NCBI GenBank assembly: GCA_964428335.1
Contig: CAYRXW010000005.1
Location: 79,481-143,480, forward strand
Direction of reading: 5' to 3'
DNA: 64,000 nt
DNA from: an uncultured Methanosarcinales archaeon
GTDB lineage: Archaea > Nanobdellota > Nanobdellia > Woesearchaeales > GW2011-AR15
This document shows, piece by piece, positions 9,141-18,458 of this stretch; within the stretch, counting starts at the first letter, position 1, and every line of letters begins with the position of its first letter. A program made the translations under genes and the position numbers. Below the pieces are notes generated by a model. It worked only from the letters and a program-made list of their open reading frames with translations, was not told the origin of the DNA and made no database searches.

Positions 9141-10703
9141 TTATTTTCCGCTTTCAATTTCGCCAACAATTTTATCAATTGCAGTTCTAAGTTCATGCTG
9201 TTTTTTTACGATTTCAGAAATTTGTTTATTAAGTTGAATGATATCAACAACTTCGTTTGTATCTTCCTGTTCTACATAGCTTGAAACTGCAATATTATAA
9301 TCATTTTCTGCAATCGTTTTATTATCTACTAATTTAGCAAAATACGTAACATCTTTACGATTTTTGAATGCATCAATAATTTTATTTAGGTTTTCATCAC
9401 TCAACTTATTTTTATTTCCTCCGCGAACAAATTCAGCAGATGCATCGATAAATAAGGTATTATTATCTTTCTTGCTTTTTTTAAGCACGATTATACAGGT
9501 TGCAATTGTAGTTCCAAAAAATAGATCCGGTGGTAACTGAATAACCGCGTCAACATAATTATTATCAACCAAATATTTTCTGATTTTTTGCTCTGCTCCA
9601 CCCCTATAAAGTACACCAGGGAATTCAACTATTGCAGCAGTTCCACTTGTAGAAAGCCATGATAGCATATGCATTGTAAAAGCTAAATCTGCTTTGCTTT
9701 TAGGTGCCAAAACTCCTGCTGGAGAAAAACGAGGATCATTAATTAATATGGGATTAGAATCTCCTTCCCATTGTATTGAATAAGGGGGATTAGAGACAAT
9801 TGCATCAAATGGCTCATCATCCCAATGTTTAGGATGTGTAAGTGTATTGCCATGCGCGATGTTAAAATGATTGTAGTTAATATCATGCAAGAACATATTA
9901 ATACGACATAGGTTAAAAGTTGTTAAGTTAATTTCTTGCCCAAAAAAACCTTGACGAACATTTTCTTTTCCGAGAACTTTAGCAAATTTAAGTAACAAAG
10001 AACCAGAACCACAAGCAGGGTCATATACTTTATTTAGTTCTTTTTTGCCAATAATCGTAATTCTAGCCAAAAGTTCGCTAACTTCTTGAGGTGTAAAAAA
10101 TTCTCCTCCTGACTTTCCGGCACTGCTGGCATACATTGTCATTAAAAATTCATAAGCATCGCCAAAAGCATCAATAGTATTGTCTGAATAATTTCCAAGA
10201 CCAAGTTCACTTATTGATTCTAAAAGCTTAACAAGCTGTTTATTTCTATGCTCTACTGTGTTTCCTAGCTTATTTGAATTTACATCTAAGTCATCAAATA
10301 ATCCTTTTAAGTCTTCTTCGCTTTCTGTTCCCTTTGCAGAATTTTCAATATTCTTAAAAACCGCAGACAAGGTTTCATTCAAATTAGGATCATTACGTGC
10401 TTTTCTAGTGACATTCTTGAATAATTCACTTGATAGAATATAAAATCCTTTTTCCTTAACAGTGTCAGCTCTGCCAAGTTCAGCTTCTTCATCAGATAAG
10501 TTAGCATAATCAAAATCTTTCTTTCCAGAACGCCTTTCATCATCATTAATATAATTAGTAAGATTTTCGCTAATAAAGCGATAAAAAAGTATTCCTAAAA
10601 CATATTGTTTAAAATCCCACCCATCAACACTACCTCTTAGATTGTTTGCAATTTGCCAAATAGTTCGATGCAATTCTGATCGTTCTTGCTCTTTTGATGC
10701 CAT
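9141..10703 (-). CDS. hsdM: Type I R-M N6-adenine methyltransferase subunit
   Basis: GEFFTPQEV, YDPACGSGSLL, VSNPPYS motifs. Confidence 0.97.
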   Translation of the reverse strand: MASKEQERSELHRTIWQIANNLRGSVDGWDFKQYVLGILFYRFISENLTNYINDDERRSGKKDFDYANLSDEEAELGRADTVKEKGFYILSSELFKNVTRKARNDPNLNETLSAVFKNIENSAKGTESEEDLKGLFDDLDVNSNKLGNTVEHRNKQLVKLLESISELGLGNYSDNTIDAFGDAYEFLMTMYASSAGKSGGEFFTPQEVSELLARITIIGKKELNKVYDPACGSGSLLLKFAKVLGKENVRQGFFGQEINLTTFNLCRINMFLHDINYNHFNIAHGNTLTHPKHWDDEPFDAIVSNPPYSIQWEGDSNPILINDPRFSPAGVLAPKSKADLAFTMHMLSWLSTSGTAAIVEFPGVLYRGGAEQKIRKYLVDNNYVDAVIQLPPDLFFGTTIATCIIVLKKSKKDNNTLFIDASAEFVRGGNKNKLSDENLNKIIDAFKNRKDVTYFAKLVDNKTIAENDYNIAVSSYVEQEDTNEVVDIIQLNKQISEIVKKQHELRTAIDKIVGEIESGK

Positions 10704-10973
10704 ATTACTATTTAAAAATCATATTCATTAAATATGTTTTGCTCTTTTTTTTATAGTTTATTAATTAATCATTTCGTAAAAAAATAGAGAAAAATTCATC
10801 TTTTCTTCATTTTTTTAGAAAAAATGCTTTAAAAGCCAAAGAAAAACTTAGAGAACTTTTCAAAACCAACCAAAAAGATAAATAATAATAAATTCTTAAT
10901 CCACATCTCCCAACACCTATCCCTTTACAATCATTACTATACCCTTATAACCTCCATCCCATTCCCATATCAT

Positions 10974-11606
10974 ATGAACAAGAAATCCCAGTTCTTCCCT
11001 ATAGCTGATGATAATCCTGTCTCTAGATTTCCTTTCGTGAATTGGATATTGATTGTCGCTAACATCGCCATCTTCATCATCTCGCTGAGTGATTTTGAGA
11101 ATATAATAAGTGTTTTCGGTTTCACGCCTGCTGATTTCAGCATTATTACGTTATTCACAAGCATGTTCCTGCATGGTAGCATCGCTCACCTGCTTGGCAA
11201 TATGTGGTTCCTGTTCATCTTCGGAGATAATATCGAGGATAGGTTCGGCCATCTGAAATACATCCTTTTCTACATGCTTAGCGGGATTGCTGCATCATTC
11301 GCCCATTTCCTGCTTAATATCAATTCTTCAATACCTGCAATCGGAGCCAGCGGAGCCATAAGCGGAGTGCTTGGGGCATATCTGGTATTTTTCCCAAATG
11401 CAGGTGTATATGTATCAGGAAGTTACGGACATAGTGGCAAAGTATCAGCGAAACTCATGTTATTGATGTGGTTTGGCATCCAGCTGTTCAGCAGCGTCTT
11501 CTCTCTTTTTGGTGTAGAGAGCAGCATCGCTTTTTTTGCGCATGTAGGCGGGTTTATTTTTGGAGCTATTGGCGCATTGATATATAGGACAGCTGTAAAG
11601 AGATAG
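10974..11606 (+). CDS. Rhomboid intramembrane serine protease
   Basis: HGSIAHLLGNM, GASGAISG (catalytic Ser), AHVGGF (catalytic His). Confidence 0.93.
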   Translation: MNKKSQFFPIADDNPVSRFPFVNWILIVANIAIFIISLSDFENIISVFGFTPADFSIITLFTSMFLHGSIAHLLGNMWFLFIFGDNIEDRFGHLKYILFYMLSGIAASFAHFLLNINSSIPAIGASGAISGVLGAYLVFFPNAGVYVSGSYGHSGKVSAKLMLLMWFGIQLFSSVFSLFGVESSIAFFAHVGGFIFGAIGALIYRTAVKR

Positions 11607-11618
11607 ATTCTAGGGGTC

Positions 11619-11637
11619 TTAGGGGATGTGCCCCTAA
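11619..11637 (+). terminator. GC-rich hairpin after the rhomboid gene
   Basis: TTAGGGG-ATGTG-CCCCTAA, 7-bp stem, no U-tail; function uncertain. Confidence 0.3.
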
Positions 11638-11704
11638 TCCATTATCTTAATTCTTCGTATTCAAAAACTAATTTTATATACCCTAACATACTCCCATATC
11701 CATC

Positions 11705-12217
11705 ATGAAAAAACTAATCCCATTCATCATTATATTCATCATCCTAACTTATCTTGGATTATATGCGTATTCCCTTTCAAGGATTGAAGTGAGTTCAGTT
11801 GATTTTACTGATATTAGGAGTGTTAATTCCACAGGGTTTTTTTTGGATGGGGAAATAAAGCTGTTTAATAATGGGACTGTGGGTGTTTTCATTGATAGGG
11901 TTGAATATGAGATAGTGCTTGATTTTAGCAATGAAAGCCTTTCCAAAGGTGTTATCAATGGTGAAAGCATAAGGAAAGGTGAATTTAATGACCTAAGCTT
12001 GAGTTCAGAGATATCATGGAACCCAGCAAAAGATGCGGCGCTTGGACTTATCATGAGAAAAGATATCAATGCCACTGTTTCTGGCTATGTCTATATCATT
12101 GATATGGGCTTTTTTGAACTAAAGGTTCCTTTTTCGGAGACTATTGATATAAAACCTTTACTTTGGGATTTCATACAGTCCAAGATAAAGAATGCGCTTG
12201 AGAACTTATTCGGATAA
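11705..12217 (+). CDS. LEA_2/WHy-like membrane-anchored protein
   Basis: N-terminal TM segment, then a beta-rich domain (IKLFNNGTVGVFIDRVEYEI ... KVPFSETI). Confidence 0.6.
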   Translation: MKKLIPFIIIFIILTYLGLYAYSLSRIEVSSVDFTDIRSVNSTGFFLDGEIKLFNNGTVGVFIDRVEYEIVLDFSNESLSKGVINGESIRKGEFNDLSLSSEISWNPAKDAALGLIMRKDINATVSGYVYIIDMGFFELKVPFSETIDIKPLLWDFIQSKIKNALENLFG

Positions 12218-12226
12218 AAAGAGGTT

Positions 12227-12568
12227 TTAATGAAGATATTCTACCTTTGCGCCTTTTGGCACAAGGTTTTCAAGGCCGCTTCTCCTAAGGATATAGGTGT
12301 CTTCTGCTTTCTTTACAGAAACAGGAACTGTGCTACTCATCATGACACTGCATCTGAACGCACCTTCGCCTTCATGCCTTTGGTATGCTTCCCGAAATTT
12401 TTGGAATGCGTGGCCATATGAAGTCACTGTATTCCCAAATTTAGACAGTTCATCATAGGATGTTATCATGACTGCAAGATTACCTTGGCTATCAAGAATG
12501 AAACCATCAATGAAATCAAAATCAGCCATAAGCCCCAAAAGGCCTTTCCTATATGCCTGTATGTCCAT
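12227..12568 (-). CDS. Hypothetical protein (likely start MDIQAY rather than 12667)
   Basis: Internal ATG with a TTTTTTAA box about 25 nt upstream; no motif. Confidence 0.45.
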   Translation of the reverse strand: MDIQAYRKGLLGLMADFDFIDGFILDSQGNLAVMITSYDELSKFGNTVTSYGHAFQKFREAYQRHEGEGAFRCSVMMSSTVPVSVKKAEDTYILRRSGLENLVPKGAKVEYLH

Positions 12569-12617
12569 AAAGAGATGAAAAGAAAACTGGGTTAAAAAAG
12601 TATCTGAACATATCCTG

Positions 12618-12663
12618 CAGTGGACAAAAAATGCAGTGGACATTTGCTCGTAAGGTATATAAT
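12618..12663 (+). promoter_or_regulatory. Tandem CAGTGGACA operator-like element plus TATA-like box, copy 2
   Basis: CAGTGGACAAAAAATGCAGTGGACAT followed by GTATATAAT at the same spacing as copy 1. Confidence 0.4.
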
Positions 12664-12667
12664 ACAT

Positions 12668-12724
12668 ATGATGATAAAAGAAGACGCCATCAGGCTGTTC
12701 TAGGACAGGAAAGTAAGGGTCAAA
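12668..12724 (+). pseudogene. Bro-N-like N-terminal relic
   Basis: MMIKEDAIRLF*DRKVRVK with an in-frame TAG; resembles the xLFxDxxVR start of Bro-N proteins. Confidence 0.35.
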
Positions 12725-12748
12725 TTTTTCAAAGTTGCTAATTATAAC

Positions 12749-12934
12749 TCACTTATAGAAAGGACACAGCCTGCATGCATCAGCTACTACATCAGGTATT
12801 ATGGTTTCTGGGCAATCTGGAAATGTTCCTCTGCAGTTTGGGTATTTCTTCTTGCCTTTTGAAAATGAATCCTGCTCTTTTGCCCATTCTGGCACATTTA
12901 CATGGACTTTCTTATGGCTTGGTGATTTTCCCAT
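12749..12934 (-). CDS. Small protein with four Cys, possibly metal-binding
   Basis: CRGTFPDC...CRLC; TATA box (ATATAAAT) about 27 nt upstream. Confidence 0.6.
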   Translation of the reverse strand: MGKSPSHKKVHVNVPEWAKEQDSFSKGKKKYPNCRGTFPDCPETIIPDVVADACRLCPFYK

Positions 12935-13041
12935 TCTTAATTAGTTAGGACTTAGATGTTATTTATATCTGTTGTCAATAACAATTGTTAATTTTTTAAA
13001 AAACAGCAACGCTTAAAACCCAGTTAAAAATCTAGAGTAAT

Positions 13042-13326
13042 ATGGCAATAAAAATAAACGCATCACATATACTTGTAAAGACTGAAGAAGAAGCTAAAGC
13101 AATAAAAGCTGAATTAGACTCTGGAAAATCATTTGAAGACCTTGCTAAGCTTAAATCTATGTGCCCTTCAAAGAAGCAGGGAGGAAACCTTGGCTGGTTC
13201 ACTCATGGCATGATGGTCAAGGAATTTGAAAAAAGCGCTTTTTCAATGAAAAAAGGGCAGGTTTCACAGCCAGTAAAGACGCAGTTTGGATATCATATCA
13301 TAAAAGTCAATGAGACGTGGGGTTAA
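13042..13326 (+). CDS. Parvulin-type peptidyl-prolyl isomerase (PpiC-like)
   Basis: ASHILV, SMCPSKKQGGNLG, MVKEFE, VKTQFGYHII. Confidence 0.96.
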   Translation: MAIKINASHILVKTEEEAKAIKAELDSGKSFEDLAKLKSMCPSKKQGGNLGWFTHGMMVKEFEKSAFSMKKGQVSQPVKTQFGYHIIKVNETWG

Positions 13327-13400
13327 ATCTTCCTGGAGCAGATTAAAAACAATAGATTCTTACTCAGTTTTATATATTAAGTCTTAACTCCTTTGTTATC

Positions 13401-14840
13401 ATGACCAATGAATCTTATGAAATCATATACCTAAATGCTGGAAAAGGAAAAAGAACCTGGCCTTTAGCACTTGTCTCTTCACTTAATTTCCTCTCTAAAT
13501 CCTTGCTAAGGATGATGGGTTTCTCACAGTTTGAATCCCAGGTATATGAGCATATGCCAGATATTCCACAAAACCTGCATATCATTGCAAAGGAAAAGGA
13601 AAACAGGAAAGACCTGCTTGAAAGGATACACCAGGAAGATGGACATATTTTTGGTTTTGAAAATGTATCATGGACGCATCCTCTGAAAGATCCAAGCAAT
13701 ACTGGAAGCGGGCTTGCGCTCTGCCAGGCTATACTTGACCAACCTGATCTGACAGGCATAGCTGTCGTGCTCCCTAATGATAATTATTTTCATCTGTCCA
13801 TAGATGACGCTGTAAGGAAACACAAGGAATCTGGAGCAGTCATTACAGTTCTTGAGACAATAGTTGATGGAAACGATGCAAAAAAATACGGTTTAATAAA
13901 AAAAGCAGGTGACCTTGTAGAAAAAATGGGTGAAAAAATTAAAACTTTCACCGGAATGTCAAAATTTCTTGGATATAAAGTAACTGGAACTTCTAAAGTC
14001 TCTGTAAATGGTGGAGCTTATATTATAAATGTCGATAAAATTAGGGAACTAATTAATGATGCTCAGGATAGATGGATCGCAAATATAATGGCAGAACAGG
14101 GTGAATTCGATATTGCCACACATCTTATACCTGGAATCCTTGAGAGGAAACTTACAATAGGCACATACGCTGTAGAAAAGTGGGCTGATCTTGGTGGGCT
14201 TGGCCTTATACTAAAGACAATGCATAGGGTCTTATCTGGAGAATTCCCATATTTTCAGGAAAGGCTCAGGAATGAGAACCACTATGTAGAGCTTCCTGGC
14301 AATGTATGGATACACAACAAGTCCTATAGGGAAAACCTGATGAACGGGAAAACTCTTGAGGAGCTCATGAATTCAACGGGACCTGATAAGGTAACTATTG
14401 GGCCAAATGTATATATCGGTTCAAATTGCTATATCTATCCAGGCGCTTCAATTCAGAATAGCAATATTGAGAAAGATACTATGGTAGGTAGCTGTGCAAA
14501 TATTTCAGGCAGTTATATCTCAATGGGTACGCAGATTGCAGATAATGCTGTGCTTCAAAACTCACTGACCTCAGATGGCACAAAAATAGGTCCATATGCT
14601 AACATAACAAAATCTGTTGTCGGTGCTGATATCAATGTCCCAACAGGTGTTACTTTAAATGAAGTAGTTGTATGGCCCCAGTACAAATTTAACGGAGAAA
14701 ACATATCTTATACAAAAGAAGTATTGTTAAATAAGCCAGTCATGAGAGCTAACCTAAAGACACTTGTAAATGGCGAAGATTGCTACTGGCCTACAAGGAA
14801 GCATCAGCGTGAACTGCTACACGAAGTATCATTACTCTAG
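13401..14840 (+). CDS. NDP-sugar synthase-like nucleotidyltransferase with C-terminal left-handed beta-helix (divergent)
   Basis: LNAGKGKRTWPL, NTGSG, KYGLI, EK, VNGGAYI, WADLG and hexapeptide repeats. Confidence 0.75.
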   Translation: MTNESYEIIYLNAGKGKRTWPLALVSSLNFLSKSLLRMMGFSQFESQVYEHMPDIPQNLHIIAKEKENRKDLLERIHQEDGHIFGFENVSWTHPLKDPSNTGSGLALCQAILDQPDLTGIAVVLPNDNYFHLSIDDAVRKHKESGAVITVLETIVDGNDAKKYGLIKKAGDLVEKMGEKIKTFTGMSKFLGYKVTGTSKVSVNGGAYIINVDKIRELINDAQDRWIANIMAEQGEFDIATHLIPGILERKLTIGTYAVEKWADLGGLGLILKTMHRVLSGEFPYFQERLRNENHYVELPGNVWIHNKSYRENLMNGKTLEELMNSTGPDKVTIGPNVYIGSNCYIYPGASIQNSNIEKDTMVGSCANISGSYISMGTQIADNAVLQNSLTSDGTKIGPYANITKSVVGADINVPTGVTLNEVVVWPQYKFNGENISYTKEVLLNKPVMRANLKTLVNGEDCYWPTRKHQRELLHEVSLL

Positions 14841-14893
14841 AAATTTTTGCCTGGTTTTTCACAACCTTTAAATCCATAGCTCTATATTATATT

Positions 14894-15730
14894 GTGATGC
14901 CTAAAAAGAAATCCAAAAAAACATCTGTAAAAAAAGAAAATAAGAACCTTATCAAGGTACTATCTTTTCCTTTTGTATTACTGCAGTTTTTGGTGATGCT
15001 GCCATTCCGGATAATATCTTTCTTCTATAATTTAGCAATCAAGGTGAACAAGAAAACAAAGGAGATAAAGGTAAAGAAAGCAAGGGAAGCTATCGAAGCC
15101 AGGTATGAAGATTTTAAGATAATTGAGCAGTATTCAGGGGATATAAAAAAGTGGGAGAGGACACTTCCAAAGAGTTCAATTGGAATAATCATAGGTGCAA
15201 GAGGGAAAGGCAAGTCAGCTCTAGGAATAAAGATACTTGAGAACCTTAAAGCCATGAATAAGAAAAGCCTTTGCGCAATGGGGTTCAACCAGGAAGATAT
15301 GCCTGCATGGATAACTGTTGCAGGAGATATAAAGGACATCCCTTCAAATTCCTTTGTCCTTATTGATGAAGGAGGAATTTTATTTTCTTCAAGAAGATCA
15401 ATGACTGATGCAAACCAATTGCTTTCAGATTTGATACTGATTTCAAGGCATAAGAGCTTAAGCATATTATTCATAAGCCAGAATTCTGCAAACCTTGATA
15501 TAAACATACTTAGGCAGGCTGATTACCTGCTGCTAAAGCCTTCTTCTTTGCTCCAGATTGATTTTGAAAGGAAGAAAATAAAGGAATTATATGATGAAGT
15601 AAAAGAGCAGTTCGAGAAATTCCAGGAACATAAAGGGCTAACTTACATATATTCTGAAGATTTCAGAGGCTTTGTCAATAATCCCCTTCCAAGTTTTTGG
15701 ACAATGGATATCAGTAAGAGCTTTAAATGA
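14894..15730 (+). CDS. Membrane-anchored P-loop ATPase, Zot/A32-like (FtsK-HerA superfamily)
   Basis: N-terminal hydrophobic helix, GARGKGKS, VLIDEGG, SRHK...FISQ. Confidence 0.75.
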   Translation: MMPKKKSKKTSVKKENKNLIKVLSFPFVLLQFLVMLPFRIISFFYNLAIKVNKKTKEIKVKKAREAIEARYEDFKIIEQYSGDIKKWERTLPKSSIGIIIGARGKGKSALGIKILENLKAMNKKSLCAMGFNQEDMPAWITVAGDIKDIPSNSFVLIDEGGILFSSRRSMTDANQLLSDLILISRHKSLSILFISQNSANLDINILRQADYLLLKPSSLLQIDFERKKIKELYDEVKEQFEKFQEHKGLTYIYSEDFRGFVNNPLPSFWTMDISKSFK

Positions 15731-16387
15731 TTAATCCAGCATCCCTCTCTCCCTGAAGCTGAAGTATCCTTCACCAATTATCACATGATCCAATAGCTTT
15801 ATGTCAAGTAACTCCCCAGATTCTTTCATCCTTTGAGTTATTTCAATGTCTTCTGAACTTGGCTCAGTTGAATTTGAAGGATGGTTATGTATTAAAATGA
15901 ATGATTTTGCTGATTTTCTTATCGCTTCCTTAAGTATCTCTCTTGGATGGACCAATGATGCATCAAGTATGCCTAAAGAGATTAATTCTGGTTTTCCTAT
16001 TATCTGGTTTTTTGAATCTAGATAAATTCCAAAAAGATGCTCTTTCTTCTCTTCTTTTAAGTATTTCATGATATTATATATGTCGTTTGCGTTTCTTATC
16101 ATTACCTTTGAATCTTTTTTTGCTGCGTTTCTTCTTGAGAATTCATATAATGCAATTATCTGCATTGCTTTTGCATCCCCAATGCCTTTAATTTTTTTCA
16201 TCTCTTCCAAAGACAGGTCTGATAAATTCTCCTTAAGAAGCCTATTTGACATGTCAATTATATTCTCGTCCCTTGTGCCTTTCTGAAGTATTATTGCAAG
16301 AAGCTCTGCATCGCTTAGAGAAGAGACGCCAAATCTCAATAATCTCTCTCGAGGTTGGCTTTCTATCGGAAGATCTTTTATCTTCAT
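15731..16387 (-). CDS. radC: RadC/JAB domain protein
   Basis: PRERLL, LSDAELLAIIL, HhH KGIGDAKA, VHPRE, HNHPS, LLDHVIIG. Confidence 0.95.
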   Translation of the reverse strand: MKIKDLPIESQPRERLLRFGVSSLSDAELLAIILQKGTRDENIIDMSNRLLKENLSDLSLEEMKKIKGIGDAKAMQIIALYEFSRRNAAKKDSKVMIRNANDIYNIMKYLKEEKKEHLFGIYLDSKNQIIGKPELISLGILDASLVHPREILKEAIRKSAKSFILIHNHPSNSTEPSSEDIEITQRMKESGELLDIKLLDHVIIGEGYFSFRERGMLD

Positions 16388-16425
16388 AAAATTTCATTTC
16401 ATCATGAAATATTAATAGTTTATCA

Positions 16426-18393
16426 TCAGAATTTCACTAATGCACTATAACCAAACATCTTTTCAATGTGCTGGAATTCTACTGTTTCATTTTGGACAAA
16501 TTTCATAATATTCCCAAGGAGATGTGGTACACTATTGATATTATACTTCCTGCGACCAGAAATGTTTTCAGCTATTTCAAGGTAAGTTACAATACCTTGG
16601 TTTTCCATAATATATTCTAAAGTTTTTTGCTCATCCTTGCTTAGCTTGCCTAAATAAATAAATTCATCATCACAAGAGAACACTGTTCCAAAAAAAGGAT
16701 TATAGTACCTATTATCTGTTATATGAACTAGTTTTCCCAGTGACCAACCAAACCCTTTGACCTCATAAAGCATATCCTCTCCCATTCTTTCGTTAAGCGT
16801 TCTAAGCCTCTTATCAAACGGACCATTTATGAATCCTAATTCTCCGTAATACAGAAACCTGCTATCCTGTTGCATAAACTTTTTTATAATCTTTTCGTCT
16901 TGCTTCTTAGAGTCATGGACTGCATACTCTGCTCCGTTTATTGTAACAGAACAAAACACATTTCCTGCCTGATAGAAATGACTATCTGAGATTCTGAGGA
17001 AATCATCTTCCACAAGTATGTGTTCAATAGGTTTAAAATTCAAGGAATAGCCTTTTCCTTGGTGATTCTTAAATAATGGTTGTCCTGGTGAGCGATCATT
17101 TACCAGCACATTAACCTCAGAAAGTGCTAAGGCAACTCTGTTTTTTTTCACTTTGCCTTTTACAAACTGATCAAAACTTGCAAATTCGGATGAATCAAGG
17201 ATAACTTTCATTGCTCGACTCTGTTTTAAGCTAAGCTTTCTCTCAAGATTTAGCTTCCCTGGAGCAAATTCGTAAAATAGCATATCATGCTCCATATCAA
17301 AATATTGGTCCTTGCAAAATCTATACAGTTTTTTTGGAAGATAATCTATGTAAAATCCATAACCCTCGATTCCCTTTATTGTGTCCTCGTGCGAACTATC
17401 TTTACGCAACCTATTATTAACTCTGTTTATGAATACCAACATGACATCGTGAGAATATGGAAATTTTTTAGCCAGCTCACTATAGGTTATCAATCTGCCT
17501 TTTCTTGCTAGGAAATACTTAAGAACTTCAGCAAGAGACTTTTTTAGGTCCTTTGCATATGTCGTTGAAGAGGCTTCTTTACCATAATATATAAAATTAG
17601 TTACTGTGTCAAACCAGTAGTCTCTGGTGACATGTACAGGGTTTATTGGTACATGCATCCAACTGATACCCATTGCTCCGGAATATCTACCAACATTTAC
17701 TAAAATTTGCGGAATTGAATTATTAAGCTCTATTAATTCCCTGGTATCGTGAATCATCTGAATGACATTTTTTCTATTTGTGTTAAACTCTTTTTCAATC
17801 TGTGTATACCTTACAAACTTCTTCTTTTTTGTCAGCGAAATAAGTTTAAGCTTTTGCTTTCCAACCTTTCCGATAGGCAAATCTACAATTTGCCCGATGC
17901 TATCATATAGATCCCCTGTTGATAGGTCAATCCATACACCCTCTCTTAGTTTAAGTGGATTTTGCGGTCCATAGCCTATCATGTACCCTATTCGTGATAT
18001 AAGACGAATATATCTTGATGAATTGCCTTCTTTTCCGAATATTTTCCATAAATCCCTAACGGATTTGAATAGATTCTGCCTGTTCTTCAGCATTGGATAT
18101 AAACCTTCGAATTCTTCATATCCCACTATTGATGTATAACTTGCTACAAGTGTATCTAACACGCGTTTTGCTGCTGGCATTTTATTCATATTGGATATGA
18201 ACTTTCGTTCTGTGAATTCTGGCTTACCTGTGAATAGGCTGAAATGTGCCTCTTTAGATTCGAAAACAAGCCCGGTTGAAGGCTCATAGTAATAGTCTCC
18301 TACCATAAATACCTCATCAGAATACTGAAGCCTTAAAATTTCATCCCTCAATACAGATATCCTTGTTTCAAGATCCACTTCATGAACATGCAT
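16426..18393 (-). CDS. Protein of six tandem OmpR/PhoB-type winged-helix-like repeats
   Basis: Six units of about 100 aa, each from an aromatic beta-hairpin (e.g. DYWFDTVTNFIY) to a GxGY/F/W-like wing. Confidence 0.7.
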   Translation of the reverse strand: MHVHEVDLETRISVLRDEILRLQYSDEVFMVGDYYYEPSTGLVFESKEAHFSLFTGKPEFTERKFISNMNKMPAAKRVLDTLVASYTSIVGYEEFEGLYPMLKNRQNLFKSVRDLWKIFGKEGNSSRYIRLISRIGYMIGYGPQNPLKLREGVWIDLSTGDLYDSIGQIVDLPIGKVGKQKLKLISLTKKKKFVRYTQIEKEFNTNRKNVIQMIHDTRELIELNNSIPQILVNVGRYSGAMGISWMHVPINPVHVTRDYWFDTVTNFIYYGKEASSTTYAKDLKKSLAEVLKYFLARKGRLITYSELAKKFPYSHDVMLVFINRVNNRLRKDSSHEDTIKGIEGYGFYIDYLPKKLYRFCKDQYFDMEHDMLFYEFAPGKLNLERKLSLKQSRAMKVILDSSEFASFDQFVKGKVKKNRVALALSEVNVLVNDRSPGQPLFKNHQGKGYSLNFKPIEHILVEDDFLRISDSHFYQAGNVFCSVTINGAEYAVHDSKKQDEKIIKKFMQQDSRFLYYGELGFINGPFDKRLRTLNERMGEDMLYEVKGFGWSLGKLVHITDNRYYNPFFGTVFSCDDEFIYLGKLSKDEQKTLEYIMENQGIVTYLEIAENISGRRKYNINSVPHLLGNIMKFVQNETVEFQHIEKMFGYSALVKF

Positions 18394-18458
18394 CTTCGAA
18401 GGGAGAATTAAGCTATATTTAAATCAACATTATGAAAACTTCTGAGTTTTCTTAGCTG

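Noticed and set aside
14894..16387. Prophage or inovirus around the Zot-like ATPase and radC
   Set aside because: No integrase, Rep, capsid-like small genes or att sites recognised
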